A stretch of 64,000 bases of DNA from Camelus dromedarius. Lineage: Eukaryota. The position numbers were made by a program, and so were the translations under genes. Below, in pieces: positions 39,561 through 52,080 of this stretch. The stretch spans positions 78,184,001 to 78,248,000 of the forward strand of contig NC_087436.1 in NCBI RefSeq assembly GCF_036321535.1, given 5' to 3'. The notes below the pieces were generated by a model, which was not told the origin of the DNA, made no database searches, and saw nothing but the letters and a program-made list of their open reading frames with translations. How positions within the stretch are numbered: position 1 is the stretch's first letter; the number at the start of each line of letters is the position of its first letter.

Positions 39561-41994
39561 GGCTGGTGCTGGACCTCACAAGGCAGCCGCCACCCCGGCT
39601 CCCTCTCCCAACGCCCTGCCCTCGCCGCTACCACAGCTGTCTTATTTCGTGGTTGGCTTGAGCAATGGCTTCAGGGGATTAGAGCAATCGTCAAAGTGTG
39701 GAATTAAAATAATAAAGAAAAACAATCAACACGGGGAGAGGGCGGGGAGGGATTATTTGGCCTGTACAGATCATTTATGAAAACAAAGGCAAAGCGCAGA
39801 GCTTAAGCCGCTAAATCAGAGGTTGCAATTAGCTTGATTGCAGAGTGACTTGGTCCCATTTCTGAGCAACAATAGCGAGAGTGAGCATTCTTAATTGAGG
39901 CAAATTAAGTATTCTTGACTACTCCACTTTCTCTTCTAAAAAGAGTTGTAAGCCGCACAGAGATCCAATTTACATGAACTCTGCTCCATTCTTCTTATTA
40001 ATTCATCTTTCAATTTTTTTTTCCTGCTTCTTTTCACAGCTAGCACACTGTGCTGGAGACTAAGAAAACAAGACAGATCTCTCTGAAAGCTCATCTTTCA
40101 GAGCATATTATGTAAAATTAAATGTGTGTATCTGTGCACAGGCCACGATCCTGTTTCAATGACTATAGCCAGATCCTGATTATGGAAGAGTCTGGAAAAT
40201 CCAAAAAGAAAATGGGTAGAAAAGAGAGAGAGAAAGCTGCCAGAGTGCCCTTGAGACTCAGCAATAGAGCAGCCACAAAGAAAACTCTCTAGAATCACAG
40301 GGGAAACGCACCATTTACAGCCAAATGTTCACCATAATATCTTTAGTACTTGAAAAAGAAACTAGTGGAATCAAGGTAGTGATTACAGAGCTGAACGGAG
40401 TGCAGTTGTTTGAGACATTTATCCCCACCCACAGAAACGCATGTATATACAATCCTTATGTCCTTCTGCATGTAAAATTTGCAAGATTAGTCGACGTTCT
40501 TTTATTTCTAGTACCCCATCGAACGATTTTGGCAGTCTGAAATGGCTGTGACAGAAATACACGTTTTATTTGTAGCTCAAGATAGTTTATTTTTTCAGGT
40601 GTACTTGTGGGGCTGGGCGGAGAGTGCTGCTAATTATTACTGTTTCAAACATATCCTAAAATGTAGATCGCATGGGCAGTTGTGCATGAACCACAGACTT
40701 CGAAGGTCATAGTCTTGAAACTGGTTTAAATGCAGATGCAGAGGGATAATTACAGCTCAAAGGGGATTCGAGAAACATATTTCATGACATTTGCCCTTAA
40801 CTACCTTCCTTCCTATTAGCAATGTTATTGTTGCAGACAATGACTGTATTACACAATCTATGGATCTGAATGTGCTGTTTTTTCTGAAATGATAGTAACA
40901 ATTACAGCAGCTGCTGGGAGAGAAAAATGGCCGGGACTCTGGCGTGGTCAGTGCTAAGGACAGCACTGACCCAATTCACGAAAATGCCCACACCCCAAAA
41001 GGCATAAGTTAATGCCATTGATGGGGTTCTGTGGCTACATTTAAAAAAAATTATATCATTAAACTATAAACTTAAGATCACTACATTTCATTTGCTGTAA
41101 ATTATACCTCATCAAAAAAGTGATTATAATTTATTCCTTGATTCTTGCTTAAAGATAGGAGATACACAAAAATAGGCAATGAACTTCTTCTGGTCCTAAG
41201 ACTATGTATCATAACCAATTTTAATCCTGGAAACTATGACTACTTGGTTTGACCTTGGGTATATGTGTCTTTCCCTTAGAAAATTTCAAGATCATAAGGC
41301 CAAAAACAAAACATTCCTAGGCTAGGGATATAAAGTGATAACATTATGGAAGAATCACCAATATTCACTCTGTTCAATTCTCTCCATGGCTACTACACTG
41401 AAAGCAAGGAAGCCTAACATTCCCGTAGCACTTTGTATTCACCAACCCAAACGCTCCATCCATTGAAATGCCTTCTCTTGATGAAGAGAAAAGTCACAAG
41501 TCCATCTACAAAGAGTAGATTCTTTCTCTTTCTTTCTTTTCCATTCCAAGCCTTGTCCTGGAGGCTTTTGGAGGAATACCATGCCAAGCTTATGAATTAA
41601 CGAGCATTATTAAATATCTACTATGTGCTCAAAATTGTGTCAGGTGCTAGAGATACAGAAAAGTATATTCACTGTACTATTAGGAAGGTTTTTACATTTA
41701 TTAAGAAATGCTTTGCTTCTACAGAGCTAGAATCCGTAACAATATTGAACTTGAGTGCATTCTAATTATTAAGAATTAGAGTAAGCAAGAGTTAGAGACC
41801 CATATGAGGGTACTTCTCTAGTGCGATTACTGTTCACATTTTTCCAGATGCTGATGTTAGCCCAGGTCCACCGATGTGCTTTCCTTGATGTCATTGCTCC
41901 TTTAGAGCAGAAAGATAAAGTGGGGCTCAAAGTACCAAAGCTCAAAACATTCTCTGAAAGCACAGGCATGGAAAAATAATGAACATCTCTTTCT

Positions 41995-42425
41995 GACACT
42001 GTTCCAAGAATTTTATGTGGGATCCACCTATTCTATCCTCACAACAAGTCTATAGGTGGATACCATTATTTGTCTCATTTTATACACGAGACAGATGAGG
42101 CACACAGAGGCTGAGTAACCTGGAAGATGTTGTAGAGGGCGGTGGAGCCGGGGCTGCAGTCACAGAGATTGTTCTCCAGAGTCTGTGCTCTTGACTATGC
42201 ACCATACTGCCTCTCGGGAGAGTGGGGATGGGAAATGCAACAATAAAAACCAAAACTGGGCAATAAGAGTTGAAAGGAGAGTGCATGGAATCCAGGACCA
42301 CCTCTCCTTATCCCAAATGTTGCAAATGAGTGCTAAAAGCTCATTCTTTGCTTTGAGAGTGAGGGGGAAGACAGAGAGAGGGAGGGAGGGAGGGAGGAAG
42401 GGTGGGTTGGTTGCAACGCTGCCCC
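41995..42425 (-). repeat. right arm of the inverted duplication
   Basis: Reverse complement is colinear with 39163-39560, including the pyrimidine-rich lead, the unique block and the MIR portion ('ggtggatc(c)cacataaaat'). Confidence 0.92.
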
Positions 42426-43440
42426 ATCTGTTCAGAGACACAACTTTCCTTCCTGTAAATTACTGGCCTCTGTTGGCACATATGAGAAAGGGACAGAACT
42501 TTGCACGTATGTATACATCACCCTTTATCCAGCAGAAAGCCCTACAGCAAGTCAGTAAAAACAGCCCTCTGCCAAAAGTAAACCTTCATAGCTTCCAAAA
42601 CAATCTATTTCAAAAGTAAACAGCATTTATGTTTACTTGAAATGATACCCTTCACTGGGACTGCTCCAGAACTGCGATTCTGTCTTTCTCGGGGGGAAAT
42701 GAAAGTTTTCCTCACTGCTGACAGGGTTGCTTTGTCCTTGTGCCTCTCCTCGGGGCATGGGAAGAAGCCACCGTGACCTACCAGCCTGGAAAGCCTGCCA
42801 AGAGGCTGAGAGTCATGGGAATCTGCCCAGCCAGCTTCGTGGAGGTCAGTGCACACCGTCTAGACATTAAGTCTTGGTCTTTAAAAGAGGAAGCCAGATA
42901 TAATATAGTCACAGAGGCTGAGGAACCGACTGTAAGTAAATATCTTAACCACTGATATCACTATCTGGGCTGTATTTACACAGAGACCCATTCATCAACA
43001 TGGATGAAAACTTCCAAAAGCCCATTACATTGTATATTTTCCTTCCTGAAAGAAAATTACCTTTCCTCCATATGTGAGTGAAGCGTCATCTGTGTCTATT
43101 AAAAATAAAAACATTATCCAAGGGGCTAAGTGATGCCAAAGGCACGTGCTCTGCACATACGCACACGGCATTGGTAACAGTGGAGGATTCAAGTCAGAGC
43201 CAAGGGTTGGATGGAAGAGAGAGCACAGTCAACACAACCACAAGTACCCCCACAAACTACCACCATCCACAGGCGGCGCTCCTTGAGGTTCCCACATAGC
43301 CCCTAAACCATCTTTTAATATAAGGACATATTTCCTAAATGTACTGTTTTTCAAAGGTTCTCATTTACATGGGTTAAGATATCAGAAGTCCAGGAAAAGA
43401 GAACAGAGAGAGACATACAGAGAGAGAAATGGAGCCCCTT

Positions 43441-43441
<1 letters not shown>

Positions 43442-43478
<37 letters not shown>
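43442..43478. repeat. (CA)n microsatellite
   Basis: Read directly. Confidence 0.97.
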
Positions 43479-43480
<2 letters not shown>

Positions 43481-44199
43481 TACAATGAACCATCAAAATG
43501 ACAGCTGAATTTTCAAAATAAACTCTCCAACATGAGAAACCTATTTATACAACTACGGATAGGGATTCTGGCTGGAGTCTGGGTTACCGTTATGTAGACG
43601 GAAGTTACAGCAGGATAAGGTAGGGCATTGTGACGTCAAACTGGAAAACCACCATTTTTCATTTCCAAGTAATTTGTGAAACAGAAATCGCTAACCTGTA
43701 ACCCATCCCTGGGGTTCATCTTAGCCTTGACCCTCATCCCATCCATCACCCTCACCTATCCATCACCCCTCACCTATCTCTGACCTATGCCCCAGGGGTG
43801 GGGGTCAGGATCAGAGCAAGGAGCCTGGGAGAAGGAGTGAGGGTATCTGTTTTGCACATTACTTCCAATTAAAATGTTGGAAGTTCAATGGTGCTGAGTC
43901 AGAGTGTCCCTACACAAAAACTGCTGAGACAACACATCTGGGTCCAAATATCTTGCACTGAGAGACGGAAAAGCATCGAGACACAAAGATATAAATATCA
44001 ATGAACAGAAAACAGGCGGCAGGAGACACAATGAGACATGCTTGGGGAGCCTTCTACCCAAGTACACACCCACCCCGTGTTGTCAACTCTACTTAAACAG
44101 TCTGGGCTGGAGAGATCATGGAGGGAGAAAGTCAGAAGATAATAACTTAGGCGTCTCCTCTAAGAGTGTGCCTTGAGTTTAGATGTGCTCACATTTATC

Positions 44200-45690
44200 C
44201 TAAGGATCCCGCTCTCACCCTGTAACCCCCCTCCAACTGCTCATCCCTCTCCTCCCTTTGCAACAAATTCCTTTTAAAAAGAATCTATTTTACCATTTCT
44301 ATTTCCTTCCTTACTCAATTTTAAATCCGCTGCAGTCTGGCCTGTGCACCCATCACTGCTCTCATTAAAACCAACAGTGACCTATGATACTGGTAAACCC
44401 AGTGGAAGCTTTTCAGTCCTTATTTTACTTAACCTTTCAGCAGCAGTTCTTTTTTTTTTTTTTTTTTCAGCAACAGCTTTGATGTTAATTACTACCTCAT
44501 TTTTAATGACAACTTTTTTTTTTATCGATTTGACTTCTGTGACATCACTTTCTTCTGGTTTCCTTCAACGTCAGTGGCTCAGTCTTCTCAGTTTCCTTCA
44601 CAGGTCCGTAGTCTTCTCCCAGCCCTTGTGTATCACTGCTCCTCAACCCTCCTCCTTCTCACTCTCCACACCCTCCATGGGTGATCTCACCAATTCCTAC
44701 TCTTTCAATCTTATTCTACATGCATGCTCCTCCCATATTCGTATCTCCAGCCCAGAAAGCTCTCCTGAATTATAACTCTATGTGCCCAGATGCCAGCTGG
44801 TCATCTGTACTAGGGACCTCACACAGACCACAAATTTGACATATATCAATCTGAACCCATCAGCTTCCTCCCTAACCCTGCTCCTTCTCAGAAAACTGTA
44901 GTCCTGCCAGTTGCCCATGTCAGGAATCAGGGAATCATCCTTAGGGACGTCCTCTCTCACATACCCAACTATTATTATACGCTGCTGATTCTATCACCCA
45001 AGCACCTCTCGATCCCACTGCCACAATTCTGATTCTGGCCACTACTATCTCTTGCCTAGATTATAGCCTTCCACCTGGACTTCATACCTAAAATCTTGCT
45101 TCTCTGTCGTTCAGTAGCCAAGTGATCTTAAAATAAAAAACATGTCACACACACCTACCCTCCCAAGTTCAAAGTCCTTTAAAAATTTCTTGTGACCCTT
45201 ACAATAAATCTAAACTCTTACTACAGTTTTACAAGGCCCTTCATGATCGGGCTGCGTCTTATCTCTCTTCTCGTTCTCTTTTTCAAGTTGTAATTTCCAG
45301 ACCTTCTGAACATTTTGTAGCTCTCCACCTCTCCCCTCCAGACTTTCACACTTGCTGTTTTTCTGCCGCCACCTTGCCTTCACACGGCCAGATCCTGTTC
45401 GCTCACTGTGCGTGAAGGTCAATTCTTCAGGAACGTTTCCCCTGACTCCTAGATTTGGTTAGGCCCTCCTAGTATATGACCTCAGAACTTCCCAACTTAA
45501 AAAAAAAGTCATATCATCCATCACAATTTTGCTATCAGAGTGTATCATGCATCACAATTTTACTCATTTAATGACTATGTACAAGTTCCATGAGGATAAA
45601 GGTCAGATGTGATTTGTTCATTGTGATATTCCAGTTCATATCCCACAGCAGACGCTCAGTGAACCCCTGTTCACTGAAGACATGGGTGAA
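44200..45690 (+). mobile_element. L2 LINE (ORF2 3' part plus 3' end)
   Basis: 'cttttcagtccttattttacttaacctttcagcagca', 'tatctccagcccaga', 'tctcttgcctagattatagc', 'aagttccatgagga...gctcagtgaa...tgaatggatgagtgaa'. Confidence 0.85.
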
Positions 45691-46204
45691 TGGATGAGTG
45701 AAAGTGAAGTCAGAGAGACCAACTCTGCTAGTCCAGTTTGTGCCTGACAGAACTGGGAGAGGCAGTAATAAGTTGGATAACAGACCTGGGTTTCTAAATT
45801 ATCCTAACTGATGAAAAATTTCAAATGAATAAAAATAAACACAATGGCCTGCATTCATACTAAAAGAATCACTTACAGAAATATAAAGAGAGCCATGTTT
45901 TAATGCCAGCTCATGGAAAAAGGTCTTAAGGGCACATGTGAAGATGTTACACTTCACACAGTCAACAGAAGGATACACTTATAAATAGAAACATGTGCCA
46001 TCTTACACTGTGTTAGTAAAACGTTAGTGCTACACTCAAGAATGCCTACAGCTTATGCTTTCACCACAGGCCATGTCTTCTGTTGTGCCTGTCGTGCACC
46101 AAGTTTGTAAACCAAGCCTGTTGAATAAAGGGTGAAAAGCACAATTCTTGACATTGGTAATAAAGACCATGCAGGAAAAAAAAAGACAACCTGGTCTAGA
46201 AGCC

Positions 46205-46420
46205 ATATAATAATAGCTAATACAGCACTTAGTATGTGCTGAGCACTGTTCCAAGTTAACTCATCTACCATACAAGTTATGTACAACTATTATCCCCATT
46301 GTACAGATGAGAAGAGTGAGGCACAAGTATGTTATGCAACCAACTCAAAGTCACAAACGTAACAAGTGGCAGAGCCAGGTTTTGAAATCAGATGGCCAGT
46401 TCCTGGCAGCCATGTTTTTT
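46205..46420 (-). mobile_element. MIR SINE
   Basis: 'tattatccccattgtacagatgagaagagtgaggcac...agtcaca...aagtggcagagccaggttttgaa'. Confidence 0.85.
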
Positions 46421-47714
46421 GGAAATCAATCATTATCAACATCTTATTAGAAATAAAGAAGGAAGATAATTAGCCTAGCAGTGGGGTGGGGAGAAGATTC
46501 AGAAGAAAGCATATTAGCTGGCTTCACACTTAAATCACCAGGCAGAAATCAAAAGGAGGCAGACACTGGCTCGGTAAAATACTTTGTCTCACTAGTGAAC
46601 AGTCAGGCTCATTAAGTTCCCTGTCAGTAGAACATGCAGGTGGAGACTAGAAGTCCACCTATAAACCATATCGGCGGCAGTCCCACTCTGGGGGACTACA
46701 GAACCCCAAAAGTCCTTTTGTTTTCTAAGATCTACAATTTTCTACATGGACCTCACCCTCGGGAAGCTGAGAACAAGACAAACACTGCAGAACTCAATCA
46801 GAGACTTAATAAGCAATAAAAAAAACTCTCAAGATAAAGAAATGGATGGCATTCAGAACAGTGGGCCGACCCGCCACCTTCAAAGATGATGATTCCTGCT
46901 ACCTATTTCCATATCTAGTAAATTCAGAAACGGAAACAGCACAGCAAACAATGTCATGGTATAAAATCCTTAGAAATGCCAAGTCACTAACATAGGAGAC
47001 ACGGGCCAACACTTTATGCACCTGGTTTTCCATATCAATAGATAGTGTCAACCGATTCATCTGAGTTTTCAGACTGTGAAATCACTTCTTTCCCCTCAAG
47101 AAGGAGAAGATCTAGTTAAACCTAAGATTAAAGAGGCAGATAAAAGTGCCCCCTGGACTGCAAAGGCCAGGAATTAGACATGCTGCTACCGCTCCAGCAG
47201 GCAGGCTTCAGACACGATCCATTACAGGGGCGGCTTCCCTCGGATGCCAGCGAGGCTAATCCTTCTGCAAAGCATGACAGCTTCTCAAACTTGACTGTGG
47301 TGAATCCAAACCAGATTTTTATGCTCTATGATCAGCTTTCAAAATACAAAATCATTTTTATATTGTAGTGGGTTTAGGTTTATTAGATTTAAATTTGCAA
47401 ACAAAGATACAGACACCAGCCATGCCGCTTGGCCTGAACTCCCTTGATGCTCATCTTGCAGAATAAAATATCAGATAATAGCGAGATAGAAATATATGGA
47501 ACCAAGGCTTCTTTATAAGAAAATGCTGTCAACTGTAACAGAGTTTTCCACATCCTTAAAGAGAACCATTCAAATTTCCATCTCTGGGGAAAGAGGATGA
47601 CAATATGTCAGCAGAACATTCTCACTGATACCAGAGCTTTTCAACTGAGTGTCATCAATTCTGAAGCCTTTTATTACTCTGACAGCTGGCTGGAATTCCT
47701 GGAGGCTGACTTAC

Positions 47715-47768
47715 CTTTTTGCAGTCAGATAAGGACTTCTCACTGGCCAATGTGCTGAAAATGGTGGT
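47715..47768 (-). other. candidate 54-nt internal exon of an unidentified minus-strand gene
   Basis: Minus strand: branch-like CTTAC (A at -28), 'gtgtctccccccttcttgttttgcag|' acceptor and 'AAG|gtaagt' consensus donor; unique sequence; length divisible by 3. Confidence 0.62.
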
Positions 47769-48449
47769 CTGCAAAACAAGAAGGGGGGAGACACGTAAGA
47801 ACCGTCAAAGCGCAATGATACTGATGCTGCCCTGTGCATTGCCAATCCCAGGTGGGTACCACCTGCCGTAACCCCACTGATTTCTCTGGATTTTCAAGCG
47901 CCTGCCTTCACTGCACCCACTGCCACCCCCTCCAAGTTGGAACATTCATTATTACTTGTATTTATCTTCATTTCACAAATAAAGGACTGAAGCACACTTA
48001 GGTTAATTGTCATATCTCAGAAATAGTTAGATCAGGAAAGAAAGCCAAGCAGTCTGACTCCAGAACCCACGTTCTCAACCATCCACAGTACTCCATCTTG
48101 ATCACAAAGAGATACGTGCAAATTGTCAGATGCCTACATCTTTCAAGCGAGACCTGTGATGCGCCTGAGGGATGGAGTGGAGCTTCTCCCCATCGCGAGA
48201 TGTATGAGTCTGAACAGCAGACCTGGGGTTTGCCATCTCCTCCCCACTTTCTTCAGCTCCCTCATTCTCCCCGTGATTGACTTTTCACATATTTGTGTGG
48301 ATATTTTCGTGGCCTGATGAGCCACTAAAAAGGCACTTCACGTCAGCATTCAAGGCCAGTTGAGATTTACAAGCAAGTTTGCTGCATTTGGACTATTCTA
48401 TGAAGAGTTCAATGGAGCTATGGTCGACCACATAAATGGTATTACATTT

Positions 48450-49250
48450 TTTTTTTCTGTAAAATTTTCCACTTTCTCTTTAATTACAAAACTAATATAT
48501 ATTCTTAATGAGTCAGCCCCCTTTCTAACCTATATTTCTGAGGTAACCAATAGTAAAAATTTGTGTTCATCCTTCCACACCTTGTCTATTTTTATGCAAA
48601 TATATAAGTACTACATATTGATTATATGTATTATATATACACATGCACATAGAGAAGTTTCTTTCCTGAGATTATACCATTCTACTAAGACCATATTATC
48701 AACATCTTTCCAATCTGTCCATATTGATTGATTCTTTATTTTTTTGAGTCTGTGTCCAAGTTTTATTATAGTTCTTAGTGAAAGAATCATTAATAAAAAG
48801 GCCTGATTCCATGAATTCATGAATGCATACAGGAAAAAGCTATAAATGTACAGATAGCAAAATAAAATATTGGTAGAGTTGATACAATAATTTGGGGTTA
48901 ATTTTTCTTCTAGTCTATGAACTCAGAACACCTCTTCTATTTCCGCAGGTTAACCTCCAGCACACAAGAGTGTAAACCATATCAGCTTCTTCTCATACGG
49001 ATTTATGGACTGCTAGGTAAATATGCTGTGACTCATTCTTCTTAATAGCTGCATAATATTCCACAATATGGATATACCATACTTTATATAGGCTTTCCAT
49101 TACTGATGAATATTAGATTGTTTTCAAGATTTTATTATTTTGTTGTTGCTTTATAATATATGCATGCTTACACATTAAGCATATGTGTGTATATATGTAT
49201 GTATGTGTGTTGTGTGTGTGTGTGTATATATATATATATACTGACTATCT
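48450..49250 (-). mobile_element. ancient L1 (L1ME-like) 3' fragments
   Basis: 'gaggtaaccaatagta', 'tagctgcataatattccacaatatggatataccatacttta', 'ttagattgttttcaa'. Confidence 0.6.
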
Positions 49251-50170
49251 TATTTTGGTTGAATAGAACCAAAAGAACTAAAAGAAATGTATAATAAAGA
49301 GTTTTATATGGCTCAAAGATCTAATGTATTTCAACTTTTTCCCATTCTTGCCTCACGCAACATAAAAATATTTATCAGCCCATCTAGGGTTTTGATTCAT
49401 TTTCGGACAACCCATAGAAAAAGTTAAGAATCTGAGCCAGCACATATTCAGACCCAAAATATAGGCAGTATTAAAGGACAGAAAACACAGACATGGATAA
49501 ACATACAGAAAAGCATCTTTAATGAAGAAAAATTAAATTTAAGGTTTAGGTTGGGTGTGATCTTTAAACTTGGTTTGTTGGCAGTTTTTATTTGTGTTTT
49601 CATTTTGTTTGTAAGAGGAGGGATACATGTTATTCAGAAAGTTTAAATTAAAAGAGGAAAGTAAGAACAAATTTGGGTGGTGGGAAAAAAAAAAAAAAAA
49701 AAGAAGGAAGGTCAAAGTCAAAATTGGTCCAGTAAGGAAAGCAAGAAGAGCCAAGGAAGCAGACAGCTCCCACACCCCACCCCTACAATCTTCCCACCAA
49801 ATGTTTTTCTCATGACCTTCCATCATCTTTATGCATTTGTACCATATCATGAGAAAGACCTCAATGTTCGCTTTCAGAGGAACATAAAGACCCAAGAAGA
49901 CTTGTAACCCAATTACCTGGCCCAGTGCCCGGCACAAAAAAGGTAACCACTAAATATGCACTGGATGGGGAAAAAAAAAAGACTGCAGTCCTTACCCCAA
50001 AACACTGTTCTGGAAGCACACTGCTGGAACAGCAGCCTCACATGTCGCAGCATTACAAAGTGAAGCCAAGGGAGAGACATGCAAGGGTCCTGAAGAGTGA
50101 AATACATTTTCTCTCCATCGAGCATGTATCTATTGTCTGTTATCCACTTGGTTTGGCTAAATCACGTTTT

Positions 50171-50397
50171 CAGGGCCAGGCCTATGAACGTTTTGGACTG
50201 GATAACTCTTTATTGTGGGGATGTGTGTGCTGTGCTGTGCACCATAGGGTGTTTGCAGCATCCTTGGCCTCTACCCACCAGATGCCAGTAGCACACCCGC
50301 CTCCCCATATCAGTCATGACAGCCAACTGTGTCTCCAGATATTGCCAAACGTCCCCTGGAGCAGGGTGCAAAATCATCCCCAGTCGAGAACAACAGG
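50171..50397 (+). mobile_element. MER20 (hAT-Charlie)
   Basis: 'ttttggactggataactcttta', 'gcagcatccttggcctctacccaccagatgccagtagcac', 'gtctccagatattgccaaacgtcccctgg'. Confidence 0.92.
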
Positions 50398-51158
50398 TCT
50401 AAACTCTAAAGGAGCTGGTTATGGAAATGATGCTGATTCCCTGACTAGTGGGAAATTTTCCAGGACACAGAAGTCTAATGGTGGGAAGTTCTCTTCCTGT
50501 TCCTGATTTCTAGTTTCATTCTCTGTCCTAAATGGAAGTAAAATCTAGGGGAGACAGAAATTCCAGCTACTGAAGACTTTGTGTGGTCATCCACACGGGG
50601 GCAACTTGAGTGACTCTAACTGCGTTTTTAACTAAGCTTAAGATACACCACGGGGGAGAGTAAATTAAGGAACATGTCTAAGAATTCCGACATTAGTGCT
50701 CTGGCCCCTGGGAAAATGATCTTCGAAATTAAACAATACTATTCAACCTTCGAAAACAGTCTCAGATAACCTGAGAACAATTTCTGGAGGAGAAATTAGG
50801 GTCAGAGATGGGTAAAATTAGCTTCCCTAAAAATATTAATACAGGCAGCTCTAAACGTTACACTTGTAGCAAAGAACCACTTGAGCCAAAGGACAAAATA
50901 CACAGTGAAATCTCAGGACATGAGACGAGTGTAAAAGAGGTCTGGCCAATGAGAGTCCACGTCCTTAATTTGGCCATTTTCTAAGGGGATTCTACCTATA
51001 CGCTTGGTCAGTCTCATTTCATTCCATTGAAAAACTTCAGCTGGCATCCCAGTTTCCTAACTGCAGCTATCGTGAATGACTCTGGGTGGGCTTTCTAAAC
51101 CTTCCAGTAACACGTTCACTTTAATTAGCGAAAATGAAAGACTCAAAACATGGCTTAC

Positions 51159-51200
51159 CCGTGCTATGACCTTCTTGATTGTTGCATCAATATTTTTCTA
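51159..51200 (-). other. weaker candidate 39/42-nt exon (NAGNAG acceptor)
   Basis: Minus strand 'tttcctctttag|tag|' acceptor and 'CGG|gtaagc' donor; short pyrimidine tract with upstream AGs. Confidence 0.3.
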
Positions 51201-51719
51201 CTAAAGAGGAAACTCCTAATGAGTCCCTCCAGCACAGCTCGCCTGGTGCTGCGTTTGTCACGGGAGCTCAAGCATGAAGAAGCACAATGACTTTTTTAGA
51301 GTACAGGCATCTAACGCTGTCGGCGGGGTGACCAGCATGGGGTGAGCCGTATTATACATGGACGGTTGTAGCAATTTCCTGAAATGAATCTAGAAAGGTG
51401 AAGCCTCACTGTTGTCCATTTATATACTGATGCCTGAAATTTCACTTGTTAGAGCTGTTTTCAGCGTAAGACTTTGAATCATAACAATCCCTCAAGGGAT
51501 GCTAGGGTGTAAGAGTCACTGCAAAGGGGAAAATTGGAAATTTCATGTGTTGTAATTTGTTGGTCTGTTACACCCTGGAGGGAATAAATTTATTCATTCT
51601 TTTTCCTACAAGCAGGTTCTTCTTGTCTTTTATTAATTTCAAAAGCAGATTTCGATAGGAGAGAAATGAAGACTTCCATCACAAAGACACCAGACACTCA
51701 ATGGTGTTAGAAATAGGTC

Positions 51720-52080
51720 ACACAGGTCGCAGGTTAGGCTCCCTGCAAAGCAGACTGTGAGATGGAGATCAGCAAGCACGAGGCTTATTAGGGAGTGCTC
51801 TTGGATCTCCACTTGGAGAAGGGAAGGGAAAGGTGCAGGACTGAGAAGGGGGAGATGTTGGGCTGTGGTGCAAATTCAACAAAGGTCTCAGCCAACCAAA
51901 TGGGGAGCTATGAAGCTGGGTTAGACTTGTCCTAAGCTGGGGTGAGGGAAAGGGATGCCCTGGGAAGAGGGCAGACGCTGGGCACAATGTCTCTTTCAGC
52001 CAAAGGCAATTTCCTGAGAGGGCTGACAGCTGAGGGCAGTGTGCTCAGAGATCTGCGTGGAGCATTGCTCTGTCCACTAT
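51720..52080 (-). mobile_element. ERVL LTR (LTR40-like)
   Basis: 'aagcagactgtgagatggaga...ttattagggagtgctcttgg', 'aaggtctcagccaacc', 'ctttcagccaaaggcaatttcctgagagggctgacagctgaggg'. Confidence 0.8.

Noticed and set aside
39232..39780. 182-aa ORF, and the similar peptides in ORFs 39131 and 42160
   Set aside because: The peptide similarity simply reflects the DNA inverted duplication. The frames run through a MIR and are not preserved between arms.
40941..40975. CAGTGC iron-responsive-element-like loop
   Set aside because: The flanking bases cannot form the 5-bp upper stem on either strand.
49925..50506. 193-aa ORF, the longest in the track
   Set aside because: Reads through a MER20 element and an A-tract; no domain features.
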